A DNA stretch of 61,796 bases, the filler included, from Myxococcota bacterium (lineage in GTDB: Bacteria > Myxococcota_C > UBA6777): assembly GCA_023150835.1 (NCBI GenBank). It is 3 parts of 3 records of this genome, joined end to end, with 100 filler letters (N's around TTAATTAATTAA, not from the genome) between each part and the next. Parts side by side here need not be neighbours in the genome. Positions count along the whole stretch, not along the records: positions 1 to 27,033 come from JAKLKB010000154.1; positions 27,134 to 42,201 come from JAKLKB010000155.1; 1 more part is not named here. One strand, written 5' to 3'. Under the pieces are notes generated by a model. That model searched no databases. It was not told the origin of the DNA and was given only the letters and a program-made list of their open reading frames with translations. Positions 18,677 through 28,424 of this stretch are shown piece after piece (the first letter of the stretch is position 1; the number at the start of each line of letters is the position of its first letter). A program made the translations under genes and the position numbers.

Positions 18677-20101
18677 TTGAAAGCACAGATCGGGGTGATT
18701 GGTCTCGCTGTCATGGGTGAAAATATCGCGCTCAATATCGAGCGAAACGGGTTCCCCATCGCCGTCTACAACCGTAGCTACGACAAAACTGAGAAGTTCA
18801 TGGAGACTCGCGCCCAAGGCAAACAAGTGACCCCTGCGCGTACCTTGGAAGAATTGGTCGCCTCACTCGAAAGCCCACGACGGATCCTCTTGATGGTGCA
18901 AGCTGGAAAGCCAGTTGATGCGGTGATCGATAGCCTCAAGCCGTTGCTTGACAAGGGCGATATCATCATCGACGGCGGAAACAGCCACTATCCCGACACC
19001 GAGCGCCGCGCCGTTGAACTCGAAAAGGAAGGGCTGCGCTTCTTTGGAATGGGCGTCAGCGGCGGCGAAGAAGGCGCACTTTGGGGACCCAGTTTGATGC
19101 CGGGCGGCGACAAACAAACCTACACCTTGCTTGAACCCGTATTGCGAAAGATCGCAGCAAAAGCCGACGGTGAAGACTGTGTCACCTACGTTGGAGCCCG
19201 ATCTGCGGGCCACTTCGTTAAAATGGTACACAACGGCATCGAGTATGGCGATATGCAGCTGATCGCCGAGGCCTACGATATGTTGCGCTATGGTCTGCAA
19301 CTTTCTTCCCAAGAGATCGCCGAGATCTTCACTGCATGGAACCAAACTGAACTGCAATCCTACTTGATCGAGATCACCTCGCACATCGTCAATTTCCAAG
19401 ATGATCAGTCCGATGCTTCGGGTCTTTTGCTCGACAAGATCCTTGATAGCGCTGGCCAAAAAGGAACAGGCAAGTGGACGACCGTTGCGGCCCTCCAGAT
19501 CGGCATCCCCATCCCCACCATGACAGCGGCTGTCGATGCGCGCTTGTTGTCAGCCCAACTCAAAACCCGCGCAGCGATCCCCAACCAAACCGCCCTCACT
19601 TCCGCCCTCTCAGCCTCCGAGAAAAAAGAGCGCGTGGCCGCCATCCAAGCCGCTCTCTACGCCAGTAAGATCTGTTCCTATGCCCAAGGCTTTCACCTGA
19701 TCCAAGAAGCCTCCCACGAACAGCAATACGATATCCAACTCGACGAAACCGCCCGCATCTGGAAAGCGGGCTGCATTATCCGCGCTGGGTTCCTCGACAA
19801 GATCCGCTCCGCCTATGCCAAACAGCCCGATCTACCGCATCTTTTCCTTGATCCTAGCTTCGCTCGTGATCTCGACGAACGCGCCCCCGCATGGCGAAAC
19901 GTCGTCCAATGGGCCGCTCAATCCCGCATCCCCATGCCCGCCACATCCGTTTCGCTCGCTTACTACGACAGCCTACGCCGCGAACGCCTCCCCGCCAACC
20001 TGATCCAAGCCCAACGCGACTTCTTCGGTGCGCATACCTACCAACGCACCGACCGCGACGGCATCTTCCATACACAATGGCCTTCTCTGCTCCAAAAATA
20101 A
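18677..20101 (+). CDS. gnd: NADP-dependent 6-phosphogluconate dehydrogenase
   Basis: IGVIGLAVMG, IIDGGN, GVSGGEEGA, VKMVHNGIEYGDMQ, GQKGTG, QAQRDFFGAHTY. TTG start after GGAGG. Confidence 0.97.
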   Translation: MKAQIGVIGLAVMGENIALNIERNGFPIAVYNRSYDKTEKFMETRAQGKQVTPARTLEELVASLESPRRILLMVQAGKPVDAVIDSLKPLLDKGDIIIDGGNSHYPDTERRAVELEKEGLRFFGMGVSGGEEGALWGPSLMPGGDKQTYTLLEPVLRKIAAKADGEDCVTYVGARSAGHFVKMVHNGIEYGDMQLIAEAYDMLRYGLQLSSQEIAEIFTAWNQTELQSYLIEITSHIVNFQDDQSDASGLLLDKILDSAGQKGTGKWTTVAALQIGIPIPTMTAAVDARLLSAQLKTRAAIPNQTALTSALSASEKKERVAAIQAALYASKICSYAQGFHLIQEASHEQQYDIQLDETARIWKAGCIIRAGFLDKIRSAYAKQPDLPHLFLDPSFARDLDERAPAWRNVVQWAAQSRIPMPATSVSLAYYDSLRRERLPANLIQAQRDFFGAHTYQRTDRDGIFHTQWPSLLQK

Positions 20102-20331
20102 TACGAGATCCGCCCGTTGTGTGATCGTAAAAACGTAGGGGCAGCCCCCTGTGGCTGCCCAAGAATCGGGCGTCTACGTACTATCTTACGATCACACATC
20201 ACTCGGATATCGTATCATACGAGATCCGCCCATCGTGTTACCGTAACGGTGTAGGGGCAGCCCCCTGTGGCTGCCCAAGAATCGGGCGTCTACGTACTAT
20301 CTTACGATCACACATCACTCGGATATCGTAT
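20101..20331 (+). mobile_element. Two tandem 115-bp family B MITE-like elements
   Basis: Each runs from ATACGAGATCCG to CGGATATCGTAT (imperfect 12-bp TIR) with an internal GTAGGGGCAGCCCCCTGTGGCTGCCC. Confidence 0.75.
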
Positions 20332-20363
20332 AAGATCGAATAATTCGGTTTCATGCGATTTTG

Positions 20364-20484
20364 TGGGGCTTTGCCCCACGCCCCACCATAGACGATCGCC
20401 CCTTGACCCCGTGTCGGCGAAGAGAACAGGCGTTTTTCACACAAACGACTGCATCGCTTGGCAGGCTGCGAACACGGGGTTTTT
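20364..20484 (+). repeat. Family A copy
   Basis: TGGGGCTTTGCCCCA...CCCTTGACCCCGTG...CGAACACGGGGTTTT. Confidence 0.8.
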
Positions 20485-20510
20485 GTAGAACGACGTTGCT
20501 CTCTTCGTGT

Positions 20511-22676
20511 TCACAAGCCGTTGATCGCCAAGGAAGCCCATGTATTGAGGCGGCTGCGGCGTTTGGTGGTAGGGGAGATCGTGATCCGTGCGGCATCGAC
20601 TTTGTATTTGACGAGCAGATCGCGGATCAACGTGGCGGCTTTTTGACTGCGCCCGAGTACCCATGCTTTGTTGGTGCGGTGCGTTGTGGTGGCTGTGATG
20701 GTAAGGGTCGTCTGGGGGCGGCTGCGTAAGATGGACGCGACTTGCCACAAGATCCGTTTGAACTTCGGAGACATCCGTACTTTTCGACCAAAGTTCAGCG
20801 AGCCGCGAATGCGCAACTGCCCACGCTGAATCCAAGCGTATACCCGCTTGGGACAACCTCGACGGGATCGCGGCCCACGCAGATCAGGGCAACGATCGCG
20901 GCTATCAGGGACGTTATCGCCATCGCGATCATCGGGTTTTCCCCAATCATCGGCGGAGTTTGATGATGGAGTCATTCGGGCAACAGTAGTGTCACGACGG
21001 GTCGATGGTTCTTGGCGAACGACAGTCGCGTCACGAGACAGCGGGGGATCGCGGCGTTTTTTGGGGGGACAGCCTTGGTTTTCGATCGGCCCGGGTTCGT
21101 TGGGACAACGATCTTGCGGATCGATGATGCCGTCGTTGTCGCTATCGGGCCAAGGGCAGCCTTGGTTTTCACGTGGCCCTTTTTCACGAGGACAACGATC
21201 TTCGCGGTCACTCAGGCCGTCGCCATCGCTGTCTGGGGACTCATCTCCAACAGACCAAGGCGCCCACACGATGCCCAAAAATCCCCGAAACCTCGGGCTT
21301 CCATATCCGCCAATAATCCCGATCCCCACCCCCAACGATATCCCCAACCGATGCCCCTCGCTCGGAAAGAATCGCGCACCAAGCATCGCACCAAGCGGCG
21401 ATCGATCCGAGGCAACACCACCAGAAAGCCCGACCACACCGTTGAGATCAAAGATCGCTTCAAAACGATCGGGGACGATCTCGACACTCAAGGCCCCGTT
21501 GTATAGGACTTCATGCCCGATCTTCATTCCCAAAAGATCAGTTTCGGGATGGTAGCGATAACCCACTTCGAGCGCCCAGCGCAGCGCATGACGCCCCAAA
21601 AGATGCGAACGCCCCAAGATCGCCGTCGCACCGCCACTTACACCACCTTCTCCGTTCAAACGGGCGGCATTTCCTGTGGGAACGCCCAGATAGGGCAACA
21701 ACGCCAGATCGATCCCAAATGACTGTTGCTTGAGTAATTGAAGCCGTGTGCGGATCCGCAGATCTCCCATCGCAAATCCCGAAAGCTCCCGTCCTGAGGC
21801 CGTCTCCAACACATCCAACACGGGCATCCGTCCCACTTGGGTCAAGCTCATCGGCAACGTCAGCCCGATATCCAACCAAGACAACAGCCCCAGCCCGATC
21901 TGGAGATCTCCCCCGAGCTGGTGGCTCATCAACGCTTGTTCTTGCCCTGTCACCGAAGACACCAAAAACAGCGGATCGAGCGAATAGTGCATCCAAAAAC
22001 CCACCGCAAGTTTCCATTGTCCCAGACTCGACGAGGCGTGGGTTTGGAAAAATCCCTTGGGATCACCATCAGGCCGAAACTGTTGCAGTTGAAACGCGGT
22101 GTAGCGGTTCGGATCGCTTTGCGCCCATGCGCCTTCCTTCACCACGCCCTCACCCAGCCACACACCCACAATCAAACACACCAAGATCCCGTACCTTCGG
22201 ATCACTCGACGCCATCCCAGAAGAATCCACAGCAAACAACAGAACATATACACCTCGATATCACCCATCGATACGGCACAACCAAAGCCTTTCGGGCGAA
22301 ATTGAAGGGGATTTGCAGATCCGCCATCTTTGCCCGCCCCCTCCGGCACGGCTTCGACCGAACCTTCCTCGGGTTTGGGACAACCTTCGTCCGTCTGGCC
22401 GTTGCAGTTGTTGTCTACACCATCACCACACCACTCTTCTGCCGCTGGCAGGATCTGCCCGATACACGGACCCCACACACCACCCGAACAACGGCGCTGC
22501 CCTGCTTGGCATTCTCCGATCCCCAAGGTCCCTGTGGCTCCTTGGTAGCAGCTTTCTTCGGCACCTTCTTGACAGCTTTGTGCGTAAACCTGCCCCTCAT
22601 GGCCGATACACCACCCCGCAAACCAACAACACAGCGCCACACCCAACAACATTCTTCTCAACGATCCGCTCCACAC
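20511..22676 (-). CDS. Cys-rich domain + internal MYXO-CTERM-like tag + TraB-like OM barrel + TSP3 repeats + degenerate OmpA-like domain
   Basis: Signal peptide; C.DG.DNNCNGQTDEGC; GFGC-hydrophobic-RR tag; GDLRI and VPTG barrel motifs; DSDGDG..D..DRCP repeats; C-terminal OmpA-like segment. Confidence 0.75.
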   Translation of the reverse strand: MWSGSLRRMLLGVALCCWFAGWCIGHEGQVYAQSCQEGAEESCYQGATGTLGIGECQAGQRRCSGGVWGPCIGQILPAAEEWCGDGVDNNCNGQTDEGCPKPEEGSVEAVPEGAGKDGGSANPLQFRPKGFGCAVSMGDIEVYMFCCLLWILLGWRRVIRRYGILVCLIVGVWLGEGVVKEGAWAQSDPNRYTAFQLQQFRPDGDPKGFFQTHASSSLGQWKLAVGFWMHYSLDPLFLVSSVTGQEQALMSHQLGGDLQIGLGLLSWLDIGLTLPMSLTQVGRMPVLDVLETASGRELSGFAMGDLRIRTRLQLLKQQSFGIDLALLPYLGVPTGNAARLNGEGGVSGGATAILGRSHLLGRHALRWALEVGYRYHPETDLLGMKIGHEVLYNGALSVEIVPDRFEAIFDLNGVVGLSGGVASDRSPLGAMLGARFFPSEGHRLGISLGVGIGIIGGYGSPRFRGFLGIVWAPWSVGDESPDSDGDGLSDREDRCPREKGPRENQGCPWPDSDNDGIIDPQDRCPNEPGPIENQGCPPKKRRDPPLSRDATVVRQEPSTRRDTTVARMTPSSNSADDWGKPDDRDGDNVPDSRDRCPDLRGPRSRRGCPKRVYAWIQRGQLRIRGSLNFGRKVRMSPKFKRILWQVASILRSRPQTTLTITATTTHRTNKAWVLGRSQKAATLIRDLLVKYKVDAARITISPTTKRRSRLNTWASLAINGL

Positions 22677-22793
22677 CTTCGCTTCTCTCCCAAAAAACCA
22701 AACAGCGCCGCGCAGTCTAGCACAACTTTTTCCCCCAAAGCGATATCCCTCGCTAGACTTGCTTCACTCGGATACTTTTCTTTTGGATAGCGT

Positions 22794-22982
22794 TGGGGGG
22801 GCTTTGCCACACCCCACCATAGACTGTCGCCCCTTGACTGTCGTGTCTCCTCCACCCACCCAGAGCTTCGCCCTCGCCCCACCATAGACTGTCGCCCCTT
22901 GACCCCATGTTTGGCGGGACAAACAGGCGTTTTTTTACCCAACAGCGCTGCCGCTTGATGTGTCACGAACGCGGGGGCTTTT
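22794..22982 (+). repeat. Family A copy with partial internal duplication
   Basis: CCCCACCATAGACTGTCGCCCCTTGAC occurs twice, then the CGAACGCGGGG tail. Confidence 0.7.
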
Positions 22983-23166
22983 GGAACACAGCACCGCCCT
23001 GCTTCCTCCTTAAAGGATGGCTTCTCGTCTTTCCTTTGGATCTGGTTCAGAGCCACCAAGCAGAGTGGTTTTTTTGCTTGACATCTGGCGCTCCCTTCGC
23101 AAGGATAACCCCCCCTAGATGCGGCCTTTGCAACGCGGACAACCACCACAACACAAGGAACGTGTG

Positions 23167-24783
23167 ATGATCTCAAAGCATGTCAAACTCGATCAAGACC
23201 TTCAAACCCTTGCTGTCTGGGGGGTCGAAGCCCTCAATGCTGTCATCGCCATCGATTCGCAAAGCGATGAACGCAACGCAGCATTACCGAGTTCCGAAGG
23301 GCAACGCCATCTTTCCGCTCACCTCCAAGACTTTTTCCAGCGCCTCGGCTACGCACCAGAGATCGATGCCTACGCCAACTTGCTTGTGCCTATCCCATCG
23401 AACCTTCCGACCTCTTCTGCCCCACAGATCGCGTTGATGGCCCATCTCGACACCGCGCAAGGTACACAAGCCATCCCCGCTCTTTGCAACACCCCCGCGT
23501 GGGATGGCCGTCCGATCGCCTTTTCCGCAAATCCCCGCCTCCAAGTCAGCGCCGAAGAATACCCCCAAACACGGGGCTTTCTTGGCGAAGATCTCTTGCA
23601 CGGTAACGGCGCGGCTCCTGTCGGACTTGATGATAAGCTTGGGATGGCGCAACTGATGACTTTGGCGCGTGTGTTGGCAGAAAACCCTTCGGTCGCGCAT
23701 GGTGACTTGTTGCTGGTCTTTCGACCCGACGAAGAGATCGGACGTATGGAAGTGATCGAAGGCTTGGCTGCACAACTCGCCGAACGTGGCGTCAAATTCG
23801 GCTACACAGCCGACGGACTCGACCCTTTCGAGATCAACGTCGAAAACTTCAATGCTTCACGAGCCAGAATAAGTTTCCAAGGCCAACCCCTCCCCCTTTC
23901 CGCACACGTCGCCCGCCGTCTTGATATCCTGATTCATGGTGTCAAATCTCACGGAGCCACCGCCAAGTCCGAAGGATACCGCAACGCGATCCGCCTTGTC
24001 TGCGAGATCTTGCGCAAAGTCCCCCAAAACTCGGTGTTTCCTGTCCACTTCCAAAGCGATGTCACTTCCGAAGTCAACGCCACGCTATCTTTGATCTTGT
24101 GCGGAGCGACCGAACAAGACCTCGATCTCACCGAACAACACCTTTGCGCGGCCTTTGATGCGACCCTCTCCCCAATTCAAAAACGCGGCGCATCGTGGGA
24201 GATCACGACACGCCTTTCTGTGGACCCCGCCTCTCCTTACTCCGATGAGATCGCCCGCGCCTTCCGATGCGTCGATGCTTTCTTGCGCAGTCAACCCGCT
24301 CCAATCCCCCTTCTATCCGAAGACAGCGAAGGCTTCCAAGGCTACACCAATCCTTACTTCATCGACCACAAAAGCCCACGCGCCACCCTTGATTTCCGCA
24401 TCCGCGACTTTTCCCCCGAACAACTCGCCTCACGCGAAGAACATATCTGTTCCGTCGTCTCCAAACAGCCCCATGCCACCGTCGAGATCGCCCAGCAGTA
24501 CATCAATATGGGACCCGCTCTTGCGCCTTTTCCACAGCTACTGACATGGGCGCAAGAAGCCGCCCAAAGTATCGGACAAACCGCTGTCCGACAGCCCATT
24601 CGTGGCGGAACAGGCGTCGATCCTTTCCTCGCTCACAACATCCCTGTCGCCAACCTCGGCACAGGCTACTTTGCCCCCGAAAGCGAAAAAGAATTCACCT
24701 CCCGCCAATGCCTCGCACGCCACATCCTCTGGCACGTTCAACTCGTCCACCACATCGCCACACAATACGCCTCCCAAACCTAA
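23167..24783 (+). CDS. M20 family peptidase T-like metallohydrolase, extended (538 aa)
   Basis: MAHLDT, GLDDKLG, PDEEIG, YTADG, ENFNA, IRDF, PIRGGT. Confidence 0.8.
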   Translation: MISKHVKLDQDLQTLAVWGVEALNAVIAIDSQSDERNAALPSSEGQRHLSAHLQDFFQRLGYAPEIDAYANLLVPIPSNLPTSSAPQIALMAHLDTAQGTQAIPALCNTPAWDGRPIAFSANPRLQVSAEEYPQTRGFLGEDLLHGNGAAPVGLDDKLGMAQLMTLARVLAENPSVAHGDLLLVFRPDEEIGRMEVIEGLAAQLAERGVKFGYTADGLDPFEINVENFNASRARISFQGQPLPLSAHVARRLDILIHGVKSHGATAKSEGYRNAIRLVCEILRKVPQNSVFPVHFQSDVTSEVNATLSLILCGATEQDLDLTEQHLCAAFDATLSPIQKRGASWEITTRLSVDPASPYSDEIARAFRCVDAFLRSQPAPIPLLSEDSEGFQGYTNPYFIDHKSPRATLDFRIRDFSPEQLASREEHICSVVSKQPHATVEIAQQYINMGPALAPFPQLLTWAQEAAQSIGQTAVRQPIRGGTGVDPFLAHNIPVANLGTGYFAPESEKEFTSRQCLARHILWHVQLVHHIATQYASQT

Positions 24784-24884
24784 ACCGCCCCTAAAGAAGC
24801 GGGACTGCGCTCACTTTTCGTTCAAAGATGCCAATACAGCCAAAGCGTTCTTGCTTTTGTGAGCAAGCCTTGGCTTTCGGTGTT

Positions 24885-25607
24885 TCAGGGAGTGGGAGCG
24901 GGTGAAGGAGTCGGGGATTCTTTGGGCGGGTTGTTGAGGGGAGGCGTCATCGCACGATCGAGTAGATCAAAAAAAGTCTTGCGAAAAGTCTCTTCTTCCT
25001 TATCGCCGTCCTCGCATCGATCCGTGACATAGCGCCGAAGACGACGAACGGCCTGCTCAAAGCTCTTTCTTGCGGTGACAAGCTCTGCGCTGGTGGGAGT
25101 TTCAGGAGCGGCGATCGCTTCGCCTTGGAGAGCCGCGTCCATCTCGCCCGTGAACTTCTCGATCAGCGCGAGAGCAAAAGTCATCGCGTGTTGATCGAGA
25201 AAAGACGAGACACGCGGATCTTTTGCACGCTTGAGCAGTTCTTTGCAACCCGCCACTTCCTTCGGAAGGGTCCATTGCGTGATCGCCAAGCCGCTCGGAA
25301 AAAGATGTTTCGACACGATCGAAACGGCCTCTTCTGCTGCGGGATCGCGCATCGCGACGGCCTTTTGTTCGAGGCTGCGCAAAGCATAAAAAAGACAACG
25401 CAACGACGCATCCAACTGCGGATCGTACTCGCTTGGATGGCCCGCCTTCGGCATCTTTAGCGCAAAAGTCTTCCCAAAAAGCGGTTGAAGCTTTTTAAGC
25501 TGGACAAGCGCACGCTTCACGACCACCTCGTCTTTGTAGAAGGAATGGTCGAACAAAGGGATCACCTCGTCTAAAAAGACGCCACGTTGAGAATCCGTCC
25601 ACTGCAT
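24885..25607 (-). CDS. Hypothetical all-helical protein (240 aa)
   Basis: GGAG RBS before MQWTD; continuous ORF; Pro-rich tail. Confidence 0.65.
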   Translation of the reverse strand: MQWTDSQRGVFLDEVIPLFDHSFYKDEVVVKRALVQLKKLQPLFGKTFALKMPKAGHPSEYDPQLDASLRCLFYALRSLEQKAVAMRDPAAEEAVSIVSKHLFPSGLAITQWTLPKEVAGCKELLKRAKDPRVSSFLDQHAMTFALALIEKFTGEMDAALQGEAIAAPETPTSAELVTARKSFEQAVRRLRRYVTDRCEDGDKEEETFRKTFFDLLDRAMTPPLNNPPKESPTPSPAPTP

Positions 25608-25869
25608 CGGTCTTTGCTCCTTTGTGAAAAAAGAATTGCACCAAAGCCTATCTTGCTGTTTCGTTGCGGTATGTCGGACCTTGCGAAGGATCATGGTGTT
25701 GCTGTTCTTTGGTGTTCGATTTGAGAATCTCTCACAAACCGCTGCGGCTTGCAAGAAACAAAACAGACGCTCCTTGCCCCCTGCCCTACCCGACGGCCTA
25801 GATGTCGTTTCACCCTCACCTTCTGTGGTTGTGTGAGCGTGTCCGTCCGCTGCTCTATGTCCCGATACA

Positions 25870-26138
25870 CGGGCGGTTCGCCAACACTTGGACCAACTCA
25901 CGCCATTCGTTTGCGATCATCATCCCTACAATATCCGTCAAAAGCGTATCCATAAGCGTCGATGCGGTTTGTTGTAAACACCCTGTGATTGGGCAGCCAC
26001 AGGGGGCACTTGGACCAACTCATGCCATTCGTTTGCGATCGTCATTCCTACAATATCCGTCAAAAGCGTATCCATAAGCGTCGATGCGGTTTGTTGTAAA
26101 CGCCCTGTGATTGGGCAGCCACAGGGGGCTGCCCCTAC
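25870..26138. repeat. Tandem ~122-bp duplication ending in a family B REP hairpin
   Basis: ACTTGGACCAACTCA..CCATAAGCGTCGATGCGG..GGGCAGCCACAGGGGG occurs twice; related reversed sequence at 32060-32135. Confidence 0.85.
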
Positions 26139-26378
26139 TTTTTCACGTACTTCACGGACGGAACTCGTGGAAACTGTTTGCTTTGAAAAAAGGAGCCGTC
26201 AAAGCGAACAGTCCGGAGCAGAAACCTCGTTACGCAGGGAAAAAAAGAGTCGTGTTGTCAGCGAAACGAATCGATTGAGTTGGTCCAAGTGTTCGCCAAC
26301 CGCCCGCGCCTGAACCCGTTGGAGGGGCGGTAGTTGGTCCAAGGTCGCGAAGCGACGGGGTGAGGGGTGAACCGCGAT

Positions 26379-26622
26379 GGGGATACCATATAGCCAGACT
26401 GGCATCAGGCCAGCCATGTGGCGATACCATACAGCCAGACTGGCATCAGGCCAGCCATGTGGCGATACCATACAGCCAGACTGGCATCAGGCCAGCCATG
26501 TGGCGGTGCCATACAGCCAGACTGGCATCAGGCCAGCCGTGTGGCGATACCGTACAGCCAGACTGGCATCAGGCCAGCCGTGTGGCGATGCCATACAGCC
26601 AGACTGGCATCAGGCCAGCCGT
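26379..26622. repeat. 41-bp tandem repeat, about 6 copies
   Basis: Unit GGCGATACCATACAGCCAGACTGGCATCAGGCCAGCCATGT, period 41, no spacers. Confidence 0.95.
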
Positions 26623-26786
26623 AACAGAACATTCTTTCGCCGTCATGTTTGAGGTGCTTGTGATGGCCTCAAATCGGATGATGGCCTTGAGTCGAGTGAT
26701 CTGTGTCAGGCGCTTGCTTGAACGAGCGAGTGTGTGTACCTTTCCAGCGCAAACGGTTCGAGTTGTGGCAGAAGCAGCGTAGTCCT

Positions 26787-26909
26787 AAAAAAAGCCGTGT
26801 ACGCAGCCACCCAAGCGGTGCCGTTGTGGGTTTGAAAGACCACTGTCCGTCCCGCCAATACGGGGTCAAGGGGACGCAGTTCCCTTGCGGGGTGTGGGGC
26901 AGCGCCCCA
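26787..26909 (-). repeat. Family A copy
   Basis: Reverse-strand TGGGGCGCTGCCCCA..AAGGGAAC..GTCCCCTTGACCCCG..CGTACACGGCTTTT. Confidence 0.8.
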
Positions 26910-27033
26910 TAGGCGTTAGGTTAAGCGCTTGTTGGCCCCCCACCCCAGCCCTCCCCCGTGAACAGGGGAGGGAGCGAAAGTCGGAAGCAGCGGGGATGTT
27001 GTTTTTTCGTGACGCACGCTGTATGCACGAGAC
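26910..27033 (+). mobile_element. Family C element, truncated by the contig end
   Basis: TAGGCGTTAGG..CCCTCCCCCGTGAACAGGGGAGGGAGCGAAAGTCGGAAGCA matches 56716-56830. Confidence 0.75.
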
Positions 27034-27133
27034 NNNNNNNNNNNNNNNNNNNNNNNNNNNNNNNNNNNNNNNNNNNNTTAATTAATTAANNNNNNNNNNN
27101 NNNNNNNNNNNNNNNNNNNNNNNNNNNNNNNNN
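27034..27133. other. Assembly gap / contig-joining linker
   Basis: N-run with TTAATTAATTAA (stops in all six frames). Confidence 0.98.
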
Positions 27134-27134
27134 C

Positions 27135-27911
27135 CTCGGTGCTTCCGCCACAATCAAAGCAGGCAACGCCTCCCTTGACTTTTCGGGTGATACCATCACC
27201 GCCAAATCTTCCGCGTTTTCCGTCGAAACCACGACCTTTGAAGTCAAGGGAACCAACGCGACGACTCTAAAACTCGATGATGCCGCCAAAACCGTCACCT
27301 TCGAAAAAGCCAATGTTCGCATCCTCAACGGAACCACCAAAACAGACCAAGCCAACGGTCTTGGCAACTTGATTCTGGGCTATAACGATACCACTTTGCC
27401 TGCCAATCCGCCGTTTACACTTCAACGCGCAGGCTCTCACAATCTTGTGGTCGGTGATTCCCATAGCTACCCCACCACCGCAGGCATCGTCGCTGGCCGT
27501 TACAACAATCTCGTCGGTAAATCCGCTTCCATCTTGGGCGGCTCCCAAAATCAAGCCTACAGCGAAGGCTCTGTCATTTTAGGCGGTACACAAAACACCA
27601 CAGGAAAAGCCAACAATACCGCTGTTCCTTTCTTCGGTCTTTATTCCACCATCTCAGGTGGTTCTTTGAATCAAACTTACGGTACGCGTTCCTCTATTCT
27701 CGGGGGGAGCGGAAACTTGACAGGCGTTCACGACGACGCGAGCAAGGGCTCGCATGCCTCCGTCAGCGGAGGGCAGTCGAACACCGCTTCGGGCTCGCAT
27801 GCCTCCGTCAGCGGAGGGCAGTCGAACTCCGCGAAATTCAATACATCTTTTATTTGCGGCGGTCTTGGGCCGCGAGAAACAACGGTAGATGGTGGTATTG
27901 TGTGCCAATAA
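27135..27911 (+). CDS. C-terminal part of a Gly/Ser/Asn-rich surface or adhesin-like protein (5' truncated by the gap)
   Basis: Frame is open from the gap. NGLGNLILGYN, GSHNLVVG and repeated (A/S)S(V/I)(S/L)GG..N units. Confidence 0.7.
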   Translation, partial: LGASATIKAGNASLDFSGDTITAKSSAFSVETTTFEVKGTNATTLKLDDAAKTVTFEKANVRILNGTTKTDQANGLGNLILGYNDTTLPANPPFTLQRAGSHNLVVGDSHSYPTTAGIVAGRYNNLVGKSASILGGSQNQAYSEGSVILGGTQNTTGKANNTAVPFFGLYSTISGGSLNQTYGTRSSILGGSGNLTGVHDDASKGSHASVSGGQSNTASGSHASVSGGQSNSAKFNTSFICGGLGPRETTVDGGIVCQ

Positions 27912-27962
27912 AACACACGCTCCACGCTCCGGGCTTGTTTTGCTTTTTAATGTTTTTTCTTT

Positions 27963-28424
27963 ATGCACGGAGGCTCCATGCCACCGCCTCTTTCCCCACA
28001 TTCTCTTTCCCCGCCATCTTGTGCAAACTACCGATGCTTCGCTATTTTTGCCACTTTTCTCCTTGCACTCCTCCTTTTGCCCCATCACATCGCTTGTTTG
28101 CCACCCGCTCCCACCCGTTGCGCTCCCTGCCTCGAAGACAACACGTGTGGCGAAAACAATGCTTTCGTCTGTAAAGAAGGTCTCTGTGTCTCCAGAGACA
28201 ACCCCGATCCCAAACAGTGCGCCTCCGAACAAACGGACGGTGGCTCCGAAAAGACCGAACCCCTCCCCGAGAACCTCCCCGAAGAAGCCCTTTTTCCCGA
28301 AGATGGCGCTCCCTCCGATGGCGAAGCTCTCCACGAACAAGACCCTGAGGTGGGCTTGCTTTGTGAGGATGCTGGGGTGGGCTTGCTTTGTGAGGCGGGT
28401 TTATGGGGTGGGTTTGCTTTGTGA
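27963..28424 (+). CDS. Cys-rich lipoprotein N-terminus with acidic linker, probably truncated
   Basis: Hydrophobic stretch ending HIAC, C..C....C......C..G.C module, Pro/Glu-rich linker; same layout as the start of 45842-47728. Confidence 0.5.
   Translation: MHGGSMPPPLSPHSLSPPSCANYRCFAIFATFLLALLLLPHHIACLPPAPTRCAPCLEDNTCGENNAFVCKEGLCVSRDNPDPKQCASEQTDGGSEKTEPLPENLPEEALFPEDGAPSDGEALHEQDPEVGLLCEDAGVGLLCEAGLWGGFAL

Noticed and set aside
18144-18720. ORFs with KKPHNKKAPQQ or GFFVVGLFCC repeats
   Set aside because: Translations of the 16-mer array.
26379-26622. Possible CRISPR array
   Set aside because: Units are head-to-tail with no unique spacers, and no cas genes are present.
27034-27133. TTAATTAATTAA palindrome within Ns (also 42202-42301)
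   Set aside because: Artificial contig linker with six-frame stops; not biological, and adjacency across it is unreliable.
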